56,318 nt of DNA, taken from positions 1-56,318 of IMG/VR virus record IMGVR_UViG_3300036857_000036, one strand, 5' to 3'. Origin of the DNA: a virus. Lineage: Duplodnaviria; Caudoviricetes. The number at the start of each line of letters is the position of its first letter. Positions within the stretch are counted from its first letter, which is position 1. Below the pieces are notes generated by a model. That model searched no databases. It was not told where the DNA came from and saw nothing but the letters and a program-made list of their open reading frames with translations. Both the position numbers and the translations under genes were made by a program. Below are positions 45,670 through 55,400 of this stretch, piece by piece.

Positions 45670-45866
45670 CAGTCGTTCTCGACTTCGCCCATCTCAACTT
45701 TCCACTCCGAGCCCGCCGCAGTGATCATGTCGATCCCGATGTTGCTAGAGATGTGATCCCGAAGTGCGGCTTGAATGGCGGAGTCCTCGGCATATGTCGT
45801 ATCCTCGAACTCCTCACCATCCTTTTCGTACACATCGACGGTGACTGTGAAGCGGAACTCAATCAT
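45669..45866 (-). CDS. Hypothetical acidic protein
   Basis: Coupled small ORF with AAAGGA RBS. Confidence 0.6.
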   Translation of the reverse strand: MIEFRFTVTVDVYEKDGEEFEDTTYAEDSAIQAALRDHISSNIGIDMITAAGSEWKVEMGEVEND

Positions 45867-46051
45867 GTGTCGTGATTCCTTTCTGCCTCGGCTGCCCTAA
45901 CGGCATCGAGCGCAAGTTGGTCGAGTTCGTCCGGCGTGAAGTGCCCGGCGTACATAACCCCGCCCTTGGGGCCACGCGTCCAGAGGGTCAGGCGACCCTC
46001 TGGAGCGTTGTGGCTCCTGTCAAAGTGCGGCTGATAGTCTTGCCAGTTCAT
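45863..46051 (-). CDS. Hypothetical protein
   Basis: AAAGGA RBS; RGPKGG motif. Confidence 0.6.
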   Translation of the reverse strand: MNWQDYQPHFDRSHNAPEGRLTLWTRGPKGGVMYAGHFTPDELDQLALDAVRAAEAERNHDT

Positions 46052-46062
46052 TGTACTTCCTT

Positions 46063-46506
46063 TCATATCTTGTAGATCGTTACGGGCATGCCTTCTTTGC
46101 GTGCTATGTTGATAGTCATCCATTCGCCGGATCTGTAGAACTCCGACTCCCGCACGTACGCAACCAGTTCCGTCGCGTTGTGGACCATCATCTCGTTGCG
46201 GCGCCGATATGCTGACGCCCTGTCTTCCCGCGCGGGACAGTCAATGACTTCGACTTTCCTGTTCGGGAGCGCGCCCGACGTCAGCCAGGCGAGCAGTTTG
46301 TCGTTGTGCGGCGCGGCGGGCCTAAACAGCGAGTGTTTGGTATCGTGGTACTCCCGATACATGCACTCAGCCACGACCGAATCGACGCCATAGGCCAGCC
46401 CCGTCCGCGCCACATCTGGCTGAGGCAGCGCGAGCGCGTGATCCCAGATCACGTCGATCTGCTCCTCAGTCAGAGTCGAAGGGCCGGTGAAAGCTCGAAC
46501 GATCAT
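46063..46506 (-). CDS. SLOG-superfamily (YspA/DprA-like) nucleotide-binding protein
   Basis: AFTGPS, RTGLAYGVD, YRRRNEMMV, SGEWMTINIARKEGMPV. Confidence 0.7.
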   Translation of the reverse strand: MIVRAFTGPSTLTEEQIDVIWDHALALPQPDVARTGLAYGVDSVVAECMYREYHDTKHSLFRPAAPHNDKLLAWLTSGALPNRKVEVIDCPAREDRASAYRRRNEMMVHNATELVAYVRESEFYRSGEWMTINIARKEGMPVTIYKI

Positions 46507-46676
46507 TCGCCTTCCACCTGCTTTCGGTCATACAACTCGGTCGAGATGATCCAGGGCGCGCGGGGCAGCTTCTTGTGGATCATCTCGAAGAGCATGGTTG
46601 CGAGTTCGTCCTCGCCCATGTCGCGAGTCAGCTCGTCGTTCTTGGTCTCGATGTTTATCACGAACTCGAACCTCAT
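46503..46676 (-). CDS. Hypothetical protein (57 aa, absent from the ORF track)
   Basis: MRFEFVINIETKNDEL...; ATGA overlaps at both ends. Confidence 0.55.
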   Translation of the reverse strand: MRFEFVINIETKNDELTRDMGEDELATMLFEMIHKKLPRAPWIISTELYDRKQVEGE

Positions 46677-46828
46677 GACTTGAGCCTCCGGTAGTCGCCA
46701 TGCGGGACCTTCCCGGGAGGCCAGATCAAGTGGGTGACCGGCTGGACCGCAGGGTAGCGCTCGTCCAGCCAGTCGAGCCAGTAGTCGATTCGCTCCAGGA
46801 GCGCGTACACGAGGCGACGGAGGTTCAT
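46673..46828 (-). CDS. Hypothetical protein
   Basis: GGAGG RBS; coupled. Confidence 0.5.
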   Translation of the reverse strand: MNLRRLVYALLERIDYWLDWLDERYPAVQPVTHLIWPPGKVPHGDYRRLKS

Positions 46829-47028
46829 GGCCGTCCTCCGCGCGTGTAGCCTCGGAAGGCGACCCATCTGATCTCGTTTCGGATCAGCATCTCGGACAGC
46901 TGCGACTGGATCTCATCCAGCGAGTAGCGGCGCAGCATACCTGCGTTCTGCTCGTTCCGGATCTGGGCTTCGGACACAATGTGCCCGTCGCCCATCATGT
47001 TCATTAGGATGTTGTAGAGGGCCGTCAT
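46825..47028 (-). CDS. Small winged-helix-like protein
   Basis: SLDEIQSQLSEMLIRNEI. Confidence 0.5.
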   Translation of the reverse strand: MTALYNILMNMMGDGHIVSEAQIRNEQNAGMLRRYSLDEIQSQLSEMLIRNEIRWVAFRGYTRGGRP

Positions 47029-47363
47029 CAGAACCCCCTCCAGACCTTGAGAACGTCCCCAGGCTCGAGCCTGAAGACTTCGCCGTCCGTCGTGTCGATG
47101 AACGCGTGGGCGTTCTTCAGCGTGTAGATGCCCTCGGGGAAGATGGCCCCGAGGACGCCGTAGTCCGCCAGCATGAAGCAGTCCGCCGGGGTCAGCGGCT
47201 GCGGTTCGAGCGGGTAGTTCTCCAGCTTCGGACTGGGGACTACTTCCGGCCATGCGGAGTTGTCCTCAAACATTACCGCCGTCGCCATCGCGGCAACGTG
47301 GAAGTGTCCCCAGGGAATCGACAGCAGATCGCCGTCGCGCTCAACTTGGCTGTTGAGTGGCAT
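47028..47363 (-). CDS. Hypothetical protein
   Basis: GGAG RBS; coupled. Confidence 0.55.
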   Translation of the reverse strand: MPLNSQVERDGDLLSIPWGHFHVAAMATAVMFEDNSAWPEVVPSPKLENYPLEPQPLTPADCFMLADYGVLGAIFPEGIYTLKNAHAFIDTTDGEVFRLEPGDVLKVWRGF

Positions 47364-47640
47364 TGTTATCGCTCTCCAGTCGTACGAGCCCATATCGGGC
47401 CGTGGCGATTAGCTCGCCATTGTTGTTGTGCAGGGCCACGTCCTGGCCCCACTCCGAGATGTCGGCAAGGTTCCCAACGGCCGTCATCTGGGCGTCCTTG
47501 CCGTTCACGCCGCCGGTCCTGAAGCGGACGCCCGACTCAGGAGGCCAGCCCACCTTGGTGATGGTCCAGTCCTCCGCATCGGGCGCGTCCGGATTTAGCA
47601 GCAGGCGCGTCCAGTCGTAGTCGATGTTGCTACGCCGCAT
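47341..47640 (-). CDS. Hypothetical protein
   Basis: Coupled ORF. Confidence 0.55.
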   Translation of the reverse strand: MRRSNIDYDWTRLLLNPDAPDAEDWTITKVGWPPESGVRFRTGGVNGKDAQMTAVGNLADISEWGQDVALHNNNGELIATARYGLVRLESDNNATQQPS

Positions 47641-47893
47641 CCTCAGCTCCCTTGAAGCCTCGGCGGATCGCGAACTCCATCGAGCAGACACGCTGGCCGT
47701 TCAGGAAGGCGTTGCCGCCAGCCTGGACGAAGCGGAACCAGCCGTCCTCGTGAATCGCCTCGATCATGCCGGGCTTCATGTCGTAGTAGTTGTAGGCTCG
47801 GTCACCCTCCTTGAGAGCGACCCCGTCCTCCGTCGTGATTGTCTTGTTTTCGTCCATTCCGAGAATCCTCAGTATCTCCTGTGCGTGGTTCAT
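47630..47893 (-). CDS. Hypothetical protein (SH3-like possible)
   Basis: DGVALKEGDRAYNYYDMKPG. Confidence 0.55.
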   Translation of the reverse strand: MNHAQEILRILGMDENKTITTEDGVALKEGDRAYNYYDMKPGMIEAIHEDGWFRFVQAGGNAFLNGQRVCSMEFAIRRGFKGAEDAA

Positions 47894-47981
47894 CGAACCG
47901 ATGGCCAGATCGTGTCGCAGATAGCTTTCACGAAGCCGATGAATATCAGCTTCACGACCACATCGAACACAATTGCGCCCA

Positions 47982-48293
47982 TTAGCGCCGCACCAGCGGA
48001 TCGTCCACCAGCTCGCCGCAGTCGAGGCAGAGGCGCTGGTCGAGGGGGATGTCGTTCTGGCAGCCGATGCGCGGATCGGTCGGCCTGTCCGAGAAGTACC
48101 CGCGCGTACGCATCTCCGCGATCTCATCGCCGGAGTAGTTCACGTTGTTGCCCGTACCCAGCATCCAGCTGTGGGAGCAGATCCCCCGCCGACGCATCTG
48201 CGCGAGCCGCGCGGAGTCGGCCATCATCTCGGCCATCTCCAGGTCGGCCTCCTGGTAACCTGCCGGCACTTCCGGGTCATATCCAAAGCTCAC
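47982..48293 (-). CDS. Hypothetical Cys/His protein
   Basis: CSHSW...CLDCG; first gene after the conserved promoter. Confidence 0.55.
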   Translation of the reverse strand: MSFGYDPEVPAGYQEADLEMAEMMADSARLAQMRRRGICSHSWMLGTGNNVNYSGDEIAEMRTRGYFSDRPTDPRIGCQNDIPLDQRLCLDCGELVDDPLVRR

Positions 48294-48346
48294 TTCGTTC
48301 TCCAGTCTGTTCGGTTTCCCCTCAGATGTCCTCGGGGCGTAGCCCG

Positions 48347-48379
48347 AGTATACTAGACAATCATAAAGACAAACTAAAG
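48347..48379 (-). promoter_or_regulatory. Phage-specific promoter motif, copy 3
   Basis: CTTTAG-N5-CTTTATG-N8-GTATACT. Confidence 0.75.
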
Positions 48380-48393
48380 AGGCCACTGTGAAT

Positions 48394-48555
48394 TCAGAGC
48401 GACCGAATCTGGCCGATTCCGCACTTGAAGCCTGAACGCTGGAAGATCCACCACGCTCGCCGCTTGTTATCAGCCCGGACGGTTGCGATGAGAGTGCGCC
48501 CGCGATAGAGACCCCACGCCGGTTTGATGAGCCGCTCATGGTAGCTAGGCGACAT
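48394..48555 (-). CDS. Hypothetical basic protein
   Basis: Overlaps the end of the resolvase gene. Confidence 0.45.
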   Translation of the reverse strand: MSPSYHERLIKPAWGLYRGRTLIATVRADNKRRAWWIFQRSGFKCGIGQIRSL

Positions 48556-49084
48556 TCTGGAAGCCAGTAGCAACGAGTCGCCATGCATCAGTGGCGTGGG
48601 GCTTGCCCGGTATCCAGCCCGCGCGCCGACGACCGCCCATGTAGTAGCCCCAGCGCTTCATGCGGTCGTCGTTCGCAAAGGACATAGTCATGCTCGCGTC
48701 GATCCAAGTCACGGCCCGGCCCCAGCCAGCGCCGGTCACGATCCCAGCAACCATCCCCGCTACGAAGACAGGCGCGAGCTTGTCCCTGCCGGTCCCGCCC
48801 ATCAAGTTCGAGCGCACGCGGAAGTCCTCAATCGCAATCACCACGTCGCGTGTGCCGTAGCCCTTCAGGTTCCAGTCCGCAACCTTGTCGAGAATCGCCC
48901 GGCATACCATCAGCCCGGTGTCGAGTGTGTCGCCGGATTCCGCAATGACCTCGACCCAACTGTACTGCCGCGCCTTCGCGAGCGCGTTCCAGATACCTGA
49001 GCGATCTCGTAGCTCAGGGCTGAAAATGCCGGCGGCTAGTCCAGTTGTCACTCCAGCGTCCACTCCGATGATCCCGACTGCCAT
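48545..49084 (-). CDS. RuvC-like Holliday junction resolvase
   Basis: IIGVDAGVTTGLA, IAIEDF, HATDAWR. Confidence 0.8.
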   Translation of the reverse strand: MAVGIIGVDAGVTTGLAAGIFSPELRDRSGIWNALAKARQYSWVEVIAESGDTLDTGLMVCRAILDKVADWNLKGYGTRDVVIAIEDFRVRSNLMGGTGRDKLAPVFVAGMVAGIVTGAGWGRAVTWIDASMTMSFANDDRMKRWGYYMGGRRRAGWIPGKPHATDAWRLVATGFQNVA

Positions 49085-49359
49085 TACAACCGCCCCCAGT
49101 GAAGGGTCATCCGGCCAGAGTTATGCAGACGGTCTTGGATCTCACAGCGATAGATCCAGCCATCCTCTTGGATCGTCAGGTCGAAGATTCCATGTGCGTT
49201 GTTCGGGAATTCGGCTAGCAACTCAAGCAGTTTCTCCATCACTTGGAAGTAGGGACTGTCGCGTGCTGTCCGTTGACGCATCCGTGCTTCTGCAGCCTCT
49301 CTGGCGGCCTCGGCCTCGGCTTCAGTTCGGCGTCGCTTTGCTGACTTCCTCCTAGCCAC
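49084..49359 (-). CDS. Hypothetical protein
   Basis: Coupled ORF with AGGAGG RBS. Confidence 0.6.
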   Translation of the reverse strand: MARRKSAKRRRTEAEAEAAREAAEARMRQRTARDSPYFQVMEKLLELLAEFPNNAHGIFDLTIQEDGWIYRCEIQDRLHNSGRMTLHWGRL

Positions 49360-49627
49360 TTGCCCATCCTCCTGGCCTACCGCGACTGATCTTTCGCTGA
49401 CCGCGAGGGTCAGTAGTCATAAAGCGCTTCTGGAATGCTTCCGCGATATAGAACGCAGCCTCTCTTGTGATAGCTAACTTACCAGTCCCGTCGAGATACA
49501 GTAGCTCGGCATCGAACAGTTTGTTCTGCCAACGCTTACTGAGGCGCCCCGGATGATTGCGGCCAAGATGCGAGAGAACCGGGTCTGGCAGCTCCGTGAT
49601 CATGTGTCTAGTTTCATAGTCTAACAT
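49352..49627 (-). CDS. Hypothetical protein
   Basis: GGAGG RBS. Confidence 0.6.
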   Translation of the reverse strand: MLDYETRHMITELPDPVLSHLGRNHPGRLSKRWQNKLFDAELLYLDGTGKLAITREAAFYIAEAFQKRFMTTDPRGQRKISRGRPGGWASG

Positions 49628-49669
49628 TTCAGTCCCTCCGCGCGGCCGACGCGCTCCGCGCCTCCCCTA

Positions 49670-49751
49670 GATCCATCCGTACTCATGCCAGAACCATCGC
49701 CTCCCGGCCTCCGAGGACCGACCGCACTTTCCCGGGCGGAATAGGGAACGG
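49670..49751 (+). repeat. 82-bp dispersed imperfect repeat, copy A
   Basis: Inverted relative to 13201-13282. Confidence 0.7.
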
Positions 49752-49754
49752 TCA

Positions 49755-50033
49755 CTAGGAGCGCGGTCGAGGCAGGTTATGCCCCGTATGGTCAACTACC
49801 TCCCAGAATGCCTTTGGAGGCTCACCGATATAGTACACGGTTAGCCCCATCACGCGCTTGCAACAGATCTCATTGTTCTTGAAGACCATGGCCGCGAGCG
49901 TCGATTTCATAACCGCCTCGGGCTGATACAACAACCGCGCCAGTGCCTTCTCGGTCAGTGCCTCATGCTGAAGAAGTTTCAGGATACTTTCCCGCAGAGT
50001 CTCCAGTGGCTCTGTATCAGCTTTCCTCGTCAT
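49755..50033 (-). CDS. Winged-helix DNA-binding protein
   Basis: ILKLLQHEALTEKALARLL...TLAAMV...YYI. Confidence 0.55.
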   Translation of the reverse strand: MTRKADTEPLETLRESILKLLQHEALTEKALARLLYQPEAVMKSTLAAMVFKNNEICCKRVMGLTVYYIGEPPKAFWEVVDHTGHNLPRPRS

Positions 50034-50196
50034 ACAAGACCCTTGGGTCGTCGCTCTTGACCGCTATGCATCTGAGTGCCATCCCATCATACATCTCGGC
50101 CAACTGCTCTGCCTGCTCCTGGCTGAGAGCCTTATCCACTACATTTGGTCGCCCCCAATCAACACATATCACCACCCAGTCAGAATGCCCGCCCAT
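50017..50196 (-). CDS. Hypothetical protein
   Basis: Coupled small ORF. Confidence 0.5.
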   Translation of the reverse strand: MGGHSDWVVICVDWGRPNVVDKALSQEQAEQLAEMYDGMALRCIAVKSDDPRVLYDEES

Positions 50197-50617
50197 GCTT
50201 GTACGGCCTCTCGCTGTTCTTGACGATCTTGTTGGCGAGGATCGCCGTTGTCGGGGCCTGGACCTGAGCCAGTAGATCGAGGTTGCGGATAATCGAGTCG
50301 ATGACTTCCTCGTTGAAATCGACGGGATTCTCGTCACGCAGTGCTTCGAGCGCCTCAGCGAGTTCGCTGACCGAGAGCATCAGCTTCGTCGCGAGCAGCA
50401 TCACACGGTGCTCCTTGGCGATCTTGAGAATGCGGTTATAGCTCGTCGTCGCCATCCCGACGGCTGAGTTCTTGGCGTGCACCGCGTACTCTTCCAACCA
50501 CTGCGCGTCATCCCATGGCTCCCAGAAGCCATGCGCCTCCGAGTTCCGGTGGACGACTTCCTGCAAGAAGGTGATTGCTGATGTGGGGTCGGCTTCCTCA
50601 GTCACAACTAGCTCCAA
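50180..50617 (-). CDS. MazG-like nucleotide pyrophosphohydrolase
   Basis: HGFW, KLMLSVSELAEALEALR...EEVIDSIIRNLDL, NSERPYKHG. Confidence 0.8.
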   Translation of the reverse strand: MELVVTEEADPTSAITFLQEVVHRNSEAHGFWEPWDDAQWLEEYAVHAKNSAVGMATTSYNRILKIAKEHRVMLLATKLMLSVSELAEALEALRDENPVDFNEEVIDSIIRNLDLLAQVQAPTTAILANKIVKNSERPYKHGRAF

Positions 50618-50648
50618 TCATCGTCAAAGTGAAAACCACGATGCGTCC

Positions 50649-50909
50649 TCAGTCGTCCCAATCCATCCTGGGGCGCGGGAACATTGGCTCATCTGGGTCA
50701 CTGTCGTCACGCTCAACATTGACCTTGAGGTTGATAGTGATGCGCTCAGCCCCGTCGCCGTCCTTGCTGAACCACCGGCGGTAGGGCTCCACCCACTCGG
50801 GGCCGACAAAGAGCGTCACCGTACCTTCCTCATCCGTGAGACGCCGAACTCCGGGCAGAGCAAGGAAGTCCTGGACCGTAATCAGTCGGTACGGTGACGG
50901 CCAGTTCAT
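50649..50909 (-). CDS. Hypothetical protein
   Basis: ATGA-coupled to thyX. Confidence 0.55.
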   Translation of the reverse strand: MNWPSPYRLITVQDFLALPGVRRLTDEEGTVTLFVGPEWVEPYRRWFSKDGDGAERITINLKVNVERDDSDPDEPMFPRPRMDWDD

Positions 50910-51793
50910 CGTGCTGCGGCCGGATCGAGCATCCACTCAGCCGCCTCGATCTCATCGAAGGCACCACGGCCCACACGCTCGCGGATCGAGCACTTGCGAT
51001 CGAACTCGGCCAGGAACGGACAGCGCTTGAGTCGGTAGCAGACGGGCCGGAACAGCTCCGAACCGGCAATCAGACGAAACTGCCAGTCGTTGTCGTGCGC
51101 TGCGTGGAACGCCGTCGCAGGGCCGGTCGGCACACGGTACTCGCGGATCGCCTTCACCATCGAGGCGAACAGAAAGCGCCAGTGGAACTGCGCCTGCGTA
51201 CAGAGCCGGTTGCCTGCGTGCTCCATCAGGTTGCGCAGATCGGTGCAGTAGTTCAGCCGCGTCAGCGTTGCGTGCGGGAGCAGGCCGCGTGCGTCCTCTG
51301 CCGGCATTCCGTTCGCGATGAGCCAGTTGTACGTCGCCTCGATGTAGTTGAGGGTATCGCCCCATACCTGGCTGAACTTCTTGTTTGCCTGCAGACTGGG
51401 CGGAACGCTGGTCTCCTCGCGGATGTTGTTCTTGACGGCGAAGCGCATCGACTCCTGCATGTACACCGCCGTCCGCTGTCGGACCATCTGATGGGTCAGC
51501 GCCCGGTCCACGCCCTCGATGAAAAAGTGGAACTTCACTAGCTCCAAGGGAGCTTGGAGATGCGTCTGCTGGACCTGTTCCCAGTAGTGCCTGCGCTCGT
51601 CGTCCGTGATATCGTGGAGGGAGTACGTCGGCTTGCCCTCATACATCCGGCAACCGGCTGCGATTGCTCCGAGCGGATCAGGTGTCATCCAGAGGAGGAA
51701 CGCAGTCGGCAGCTGAGTCTCCATAGGCGCCGCCTCGAACATTGCCTCATCTGCGTATTGCTGAATCTCTTGGCTTGACGATTCGTCCGCCAT
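50906..51793 (-). CDS. thyX: ThyX-like flavin-dependent thymidylate synthase (variant motif)
   Basis: H..PLE...F.F.IEGVDRALTHQMVRQRTAVYMQESMRF, PAEDARGLLP, RLCTQAQ. Confidence 0.85.
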   Translation of the reverse strand: MADESSSQEIQQYADEAMFEAAPMETQLPTAFLLWMTPDPLGAIAAGCRMYEGKPTYSLHDITDDERRHYWEQVQQTHLQAPLELVKFHFFIEGVDRALTHQMVRQRTAVYMQESMRFAVKNNIREETSVPPSLQANKKFSQVWGDTLNYIEATYNWLIANGMPAEDARGLLPHATLTRLNYCTDLRNLMEHAGNRLCTQAQFHWRFLFASMVKAIREYRVPTGPATAFHAAHDNDWQFRLIAGSELFRPVCYRLKRCPFLAEFDRKCSIRERVGRGAFDEIEAAEWMLDPAAAR

Positions 51794-51947
51794 CTGGAAC
51801 CTCCTGTTGTTCGGCCCGCCGAGCAGTTGGCTCGTACGGGATGCCTATTGACAAATGCGCCGACTGCGCCAGTCCACAGTGTACGCATCTGTCCCACGCT
51901 CGCCCTTCTGGGGCAAGGAAGGTATGGTCGTCAGGGTCTTGACTCAT
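51747..51947 (-). CDS. Small H/C zinc-binding protein
   Basis: HTF...CVHCGLAQSAH. Confidence 0.55.
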   Translation of the reverse strand: MSQDPDDHTFLAPEGRAWDRCVHCGLAQSAHLSIGIPYEPTARRAEQQEVPDGGRIVKPRDSAIRR

Positions 51948-52429
51948 TTGAGTGATTCGCGCCGCATGTTGGCTATCTCGACAAATCTCAACATGAGCCG
52001 CTTCTCGACCGTTCTGATCGGCACAATGTCGCACGCCCAGCTTTCCTCTCTGTAGCCACGCGCCAGGTCGAGGACTTCATCTGGCTCCAAACCCAATTCA
52101 TCAGCCAGTTCTCTGATCTTCCATCCATCATTGATCTTGATGATTAGCCAACGCCGGACCGGCCAGGCATCGACCTTGTCGCCGCCATTGCGACGGAGCC
52201 GAGCCTGACTCTCGATTTGGCGCAGATTCTTCTTGCGTTGCGGGCTGAGCTTGCGATACCACTCCTTGCGCCGATTTCGCGCACACACGCGACACTCCGA
52301 CCGCATGTAGTAGGTAGTGCCCCGTCTTTCATAGGTGAACTCGTAAGCATGTCGCCAGCGTCCGCAATTGGTGCAGTTCTTGCGACCGCAGATGACCGAG
52401 TTTTGGATTCTGATATCACGACTCTTCAT
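51944..52429 (-). CDS. Zn-finger + HTH protein
   Basis: CTNC...CRVC; WKIRELADELGLEPDEV. Confidence 0.6.
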   Translation of the reverse strand: MKSRDIRIQNSVICGRKNCTNCGRWRHAYEFTYERRGTTYYMRSECRVCARNRRKEWYRKLSPQRKKNLRQIESQARLRRNGGDKVDAWPVRRWLIIKINDGWKIRELADELGLEPDEVLDLARGYREESWACDIVPIRTVEKRLMLRFVEIANMRRESLK

Positions 52430-55400
52430 CTTCAGCCTCGTCGCGCCGGTCGCCCACCTCAATCACGACGAGTCGAGTCACGACGATCTCTCTGGCGCTA
52501 CGGTAGCTCGGCTTGAAGCCTTGGACCCAGACCACATCCTCGTCCAGCTCTAGATTCCAGAGTGCCTCCTTGAAGTTGGGATACTTGTAGCGGTCGATCC
52601 GCAGTCGCATCATGTCTTCCTCGTCCTCGCAGACGAGCAACATGAACTCACTCAAATCCGGGTCCTTGATCTTCTCGGGGTCAATCTCCTTGCCCATGCG
52701 AGCATTGACCTCAAACAGATCACGAAGGTTGCGCTGCCGTACGACTCCCATCCAAGTAACGGCCACTTGCTTGCCACGCTCGTACGGTACGTCAATGCTG
52801 CGATGAGTCGGACGCGGAATGTGGAACTTCCAGAGTGCCTCCTTCGCCTCTTCAATCCGGCGGTCGGCGTCGAACACGCCGAATGGATCATCCCGCTCCA
52901 CGAAGTCTGTGATCGCCTGGAGCTTGGCTGGACCGATGCCTGGAACTGTGATCATGTCGTGCCAGTTTACCCAGCCGTGCTCCTTGCCGCGCTCGCCCCG
53001 TACCTCCATAACTCTATCGGCCATCTTCTCACCGATGCCCGGTAGTTGTTGGAAACCCATCCGCACAGCAGGTCGTCCACCGTTAGAACGAACCATTGTC
53101 CATGTCCTGGTTGATCTGCGGACGGAAGGCGGCCGTACCTCAACCCCGTGCCGAATAGCATCTCGGATGAGAGTATTGCGCCGCCAATCGTCGTCGTGGG
53201 CCGCGAGATTGCAAGCAAAGAAAACCGCTTCATGATGCGCCTTCAACCACGCCGTGATGCAGCTGATCTTGCCGTATCCGCAGGCGTGCGCGAAGTTGAA
53301 GGCGTACGACCCTGACGTGATGCACGATCCCCAGACGCGCTCCGCAACACTGACTGGCAGCGGCGGCATGTCCGGATGACGCTCATGAATGGTTGCAGCG
53401 CCCTCCATGAATCGTGACTTCTGTCGGTTGAACTCTTGGTCTCCGAGTTTCTTGGAGATGATTTTGCGGATGTATGCCGCGGCCGTCCAATCAAAGTTGC
53501 CAATCTCCCTTACAATGCGCAGGATTTGCTCTTGGTAGATGATTTGATACTTCGTGTCTTGAACGATTCGGTCCACGGCCGGATGCCATAGTTCCGGTGA
53601 GCCGGTTCCGGCCTTGATGTTCATGTACGCCTCAGCCGCGCCGTTGTGAAGCGGTCCCGGTCGGGCCAGCGAGGTTACGTCGCAGATCTCATCGAAGTTG
53701 TCCGGTTTGATCTGCGAGTTCAGTAGGCGCACAGCCTGCCCCTCGAACTGGAAGATACCGATGACGTCACCCTTGCGGAAGATCTCAATCATCGGTTCGT
53801 CATCCAGCGGCAAGTTGTAAAGATCGTCCATGGTCAACCCAAGCTCCAGTCGGGCATTGTTGATCATGGTCATCGCTTTGAGGCCGAGGTAGTCCATCTT
53901 CAAGAGCCCTTGTCGTTCTGCGTCCCATTTGTCGATTGCTACGACTTCCACTTCCCGACCCTTGATGACTCGCTTGATTACTGGCGCGACGGTCCGGACA
54001 TGACCGACGACTAGGCCAGCCGCGTGAACACCAAACCCCTTGATATTGCCTTCCAGATCCTGGGCTCGTCGGAGATCTGGATACTTCTCGATGATCTTCT
54101 TGGACTCTGGGAACTGCTCAACCGTGTCCTCGATCGTGGCTGAGGACCGCAGGTCGCCAGATGATCTTTCGATCAATTGCCCCTTGATTACGTCAACTTC
54201 CCACTTTGGAACTCTAAACACGCGCGCCACATCGTCGAGTGCGTTCCTGGACTTGTAGTAGACAAATGTTCCAACGTTGAAACATTCGCCGTACTTTCCA
54301 GCGAGGTACTCACGTAGACGCCAGCGCGTGTCAGCGTCCAGATCGATGTCGATATCCGGCAGGTCCGGGCGACTCTCGTCAATGAACCGCTCAAAGACCA
54401 AGTTCGTGTGTACGAGTGGATTGACTTCCGTAATTCGTAGCAGGAACGCGACAAGGGAGGCAGCCGCACTTCCACGGGCAGGTCCCACGAAGACGCCATG
54501 CTCTTTACACCACACCACGCCGTCAGCAACAACGAGGAAGTAGTTCTCATAGTTCTTGCTCTCGATGATTGCCATTTCCTTGTCGAGTTGTTCCTGATAT
54601 GCTCGCCTCTTGCTCGGCGGTAGTCTGTGGATTCCGCGATAGACCCACCCATCGTTGACCCACTCCCGCATCAACTCACGCGCGCTGGTGTATCCCGGCG
54701 GCAGTGGGAACTCGATATCAGGCAGCTTGGGTAGCTCGACGTTACAGCGCTGTGCTAGTTCCTCGGCGTTGAGGATCGCTTGAACAGCGGCTCTATGGCT
54801 AAGCCCTGTCTGACGCAACCGTCGATATATGACACGATCAGAAAGAGGGAGACATAGGGGAGCTTCATATCCCCAGTCACGCTCCATGTCTTCGAGTGTG
54901 CGTTTCTCACCAGGACGAACGTTGTGGAGGATCTTCTGAATCTCACTTTCCGTTGGAGCAGTATAGTGGATGTCAAGAGTGGCGACAAGAGGTAGCCTCA
55001 GCTTCCGCGCGATCCGCTCAATCATCGGATTGAGGGCACAAGTTGATTCTAGCTCAGGGAACGCTTGCACCTCCAGGTAGTAGGCTCCAGGGAATGCCTG
55101 CGAGAACCGTTCTGCGATCTTCAGCCCGCGTCCGTACGAGGCATACTCGGGGTCAACGAGCTTCCCGCCCACGAGGCTGGTACATAGCAGGCTCCCTTGA
55201 CAACCCGATAGCACCACCAGACCTTCACGACGGTCATAGAGCATCTGTCCGTCGACTGTTGGCTCGTAGTAGAAGCCCTTGGAGTAGGACTCAGACACCA
55301 GAGTGAGGAGGTTTGCGTAGCCTCCTTCATCCTCAGCCAGAAGCGTGAGGTGGTTTTTCTTTTGTTCACGGTGCTCCTCATCGATTTCTCCACAATACGT

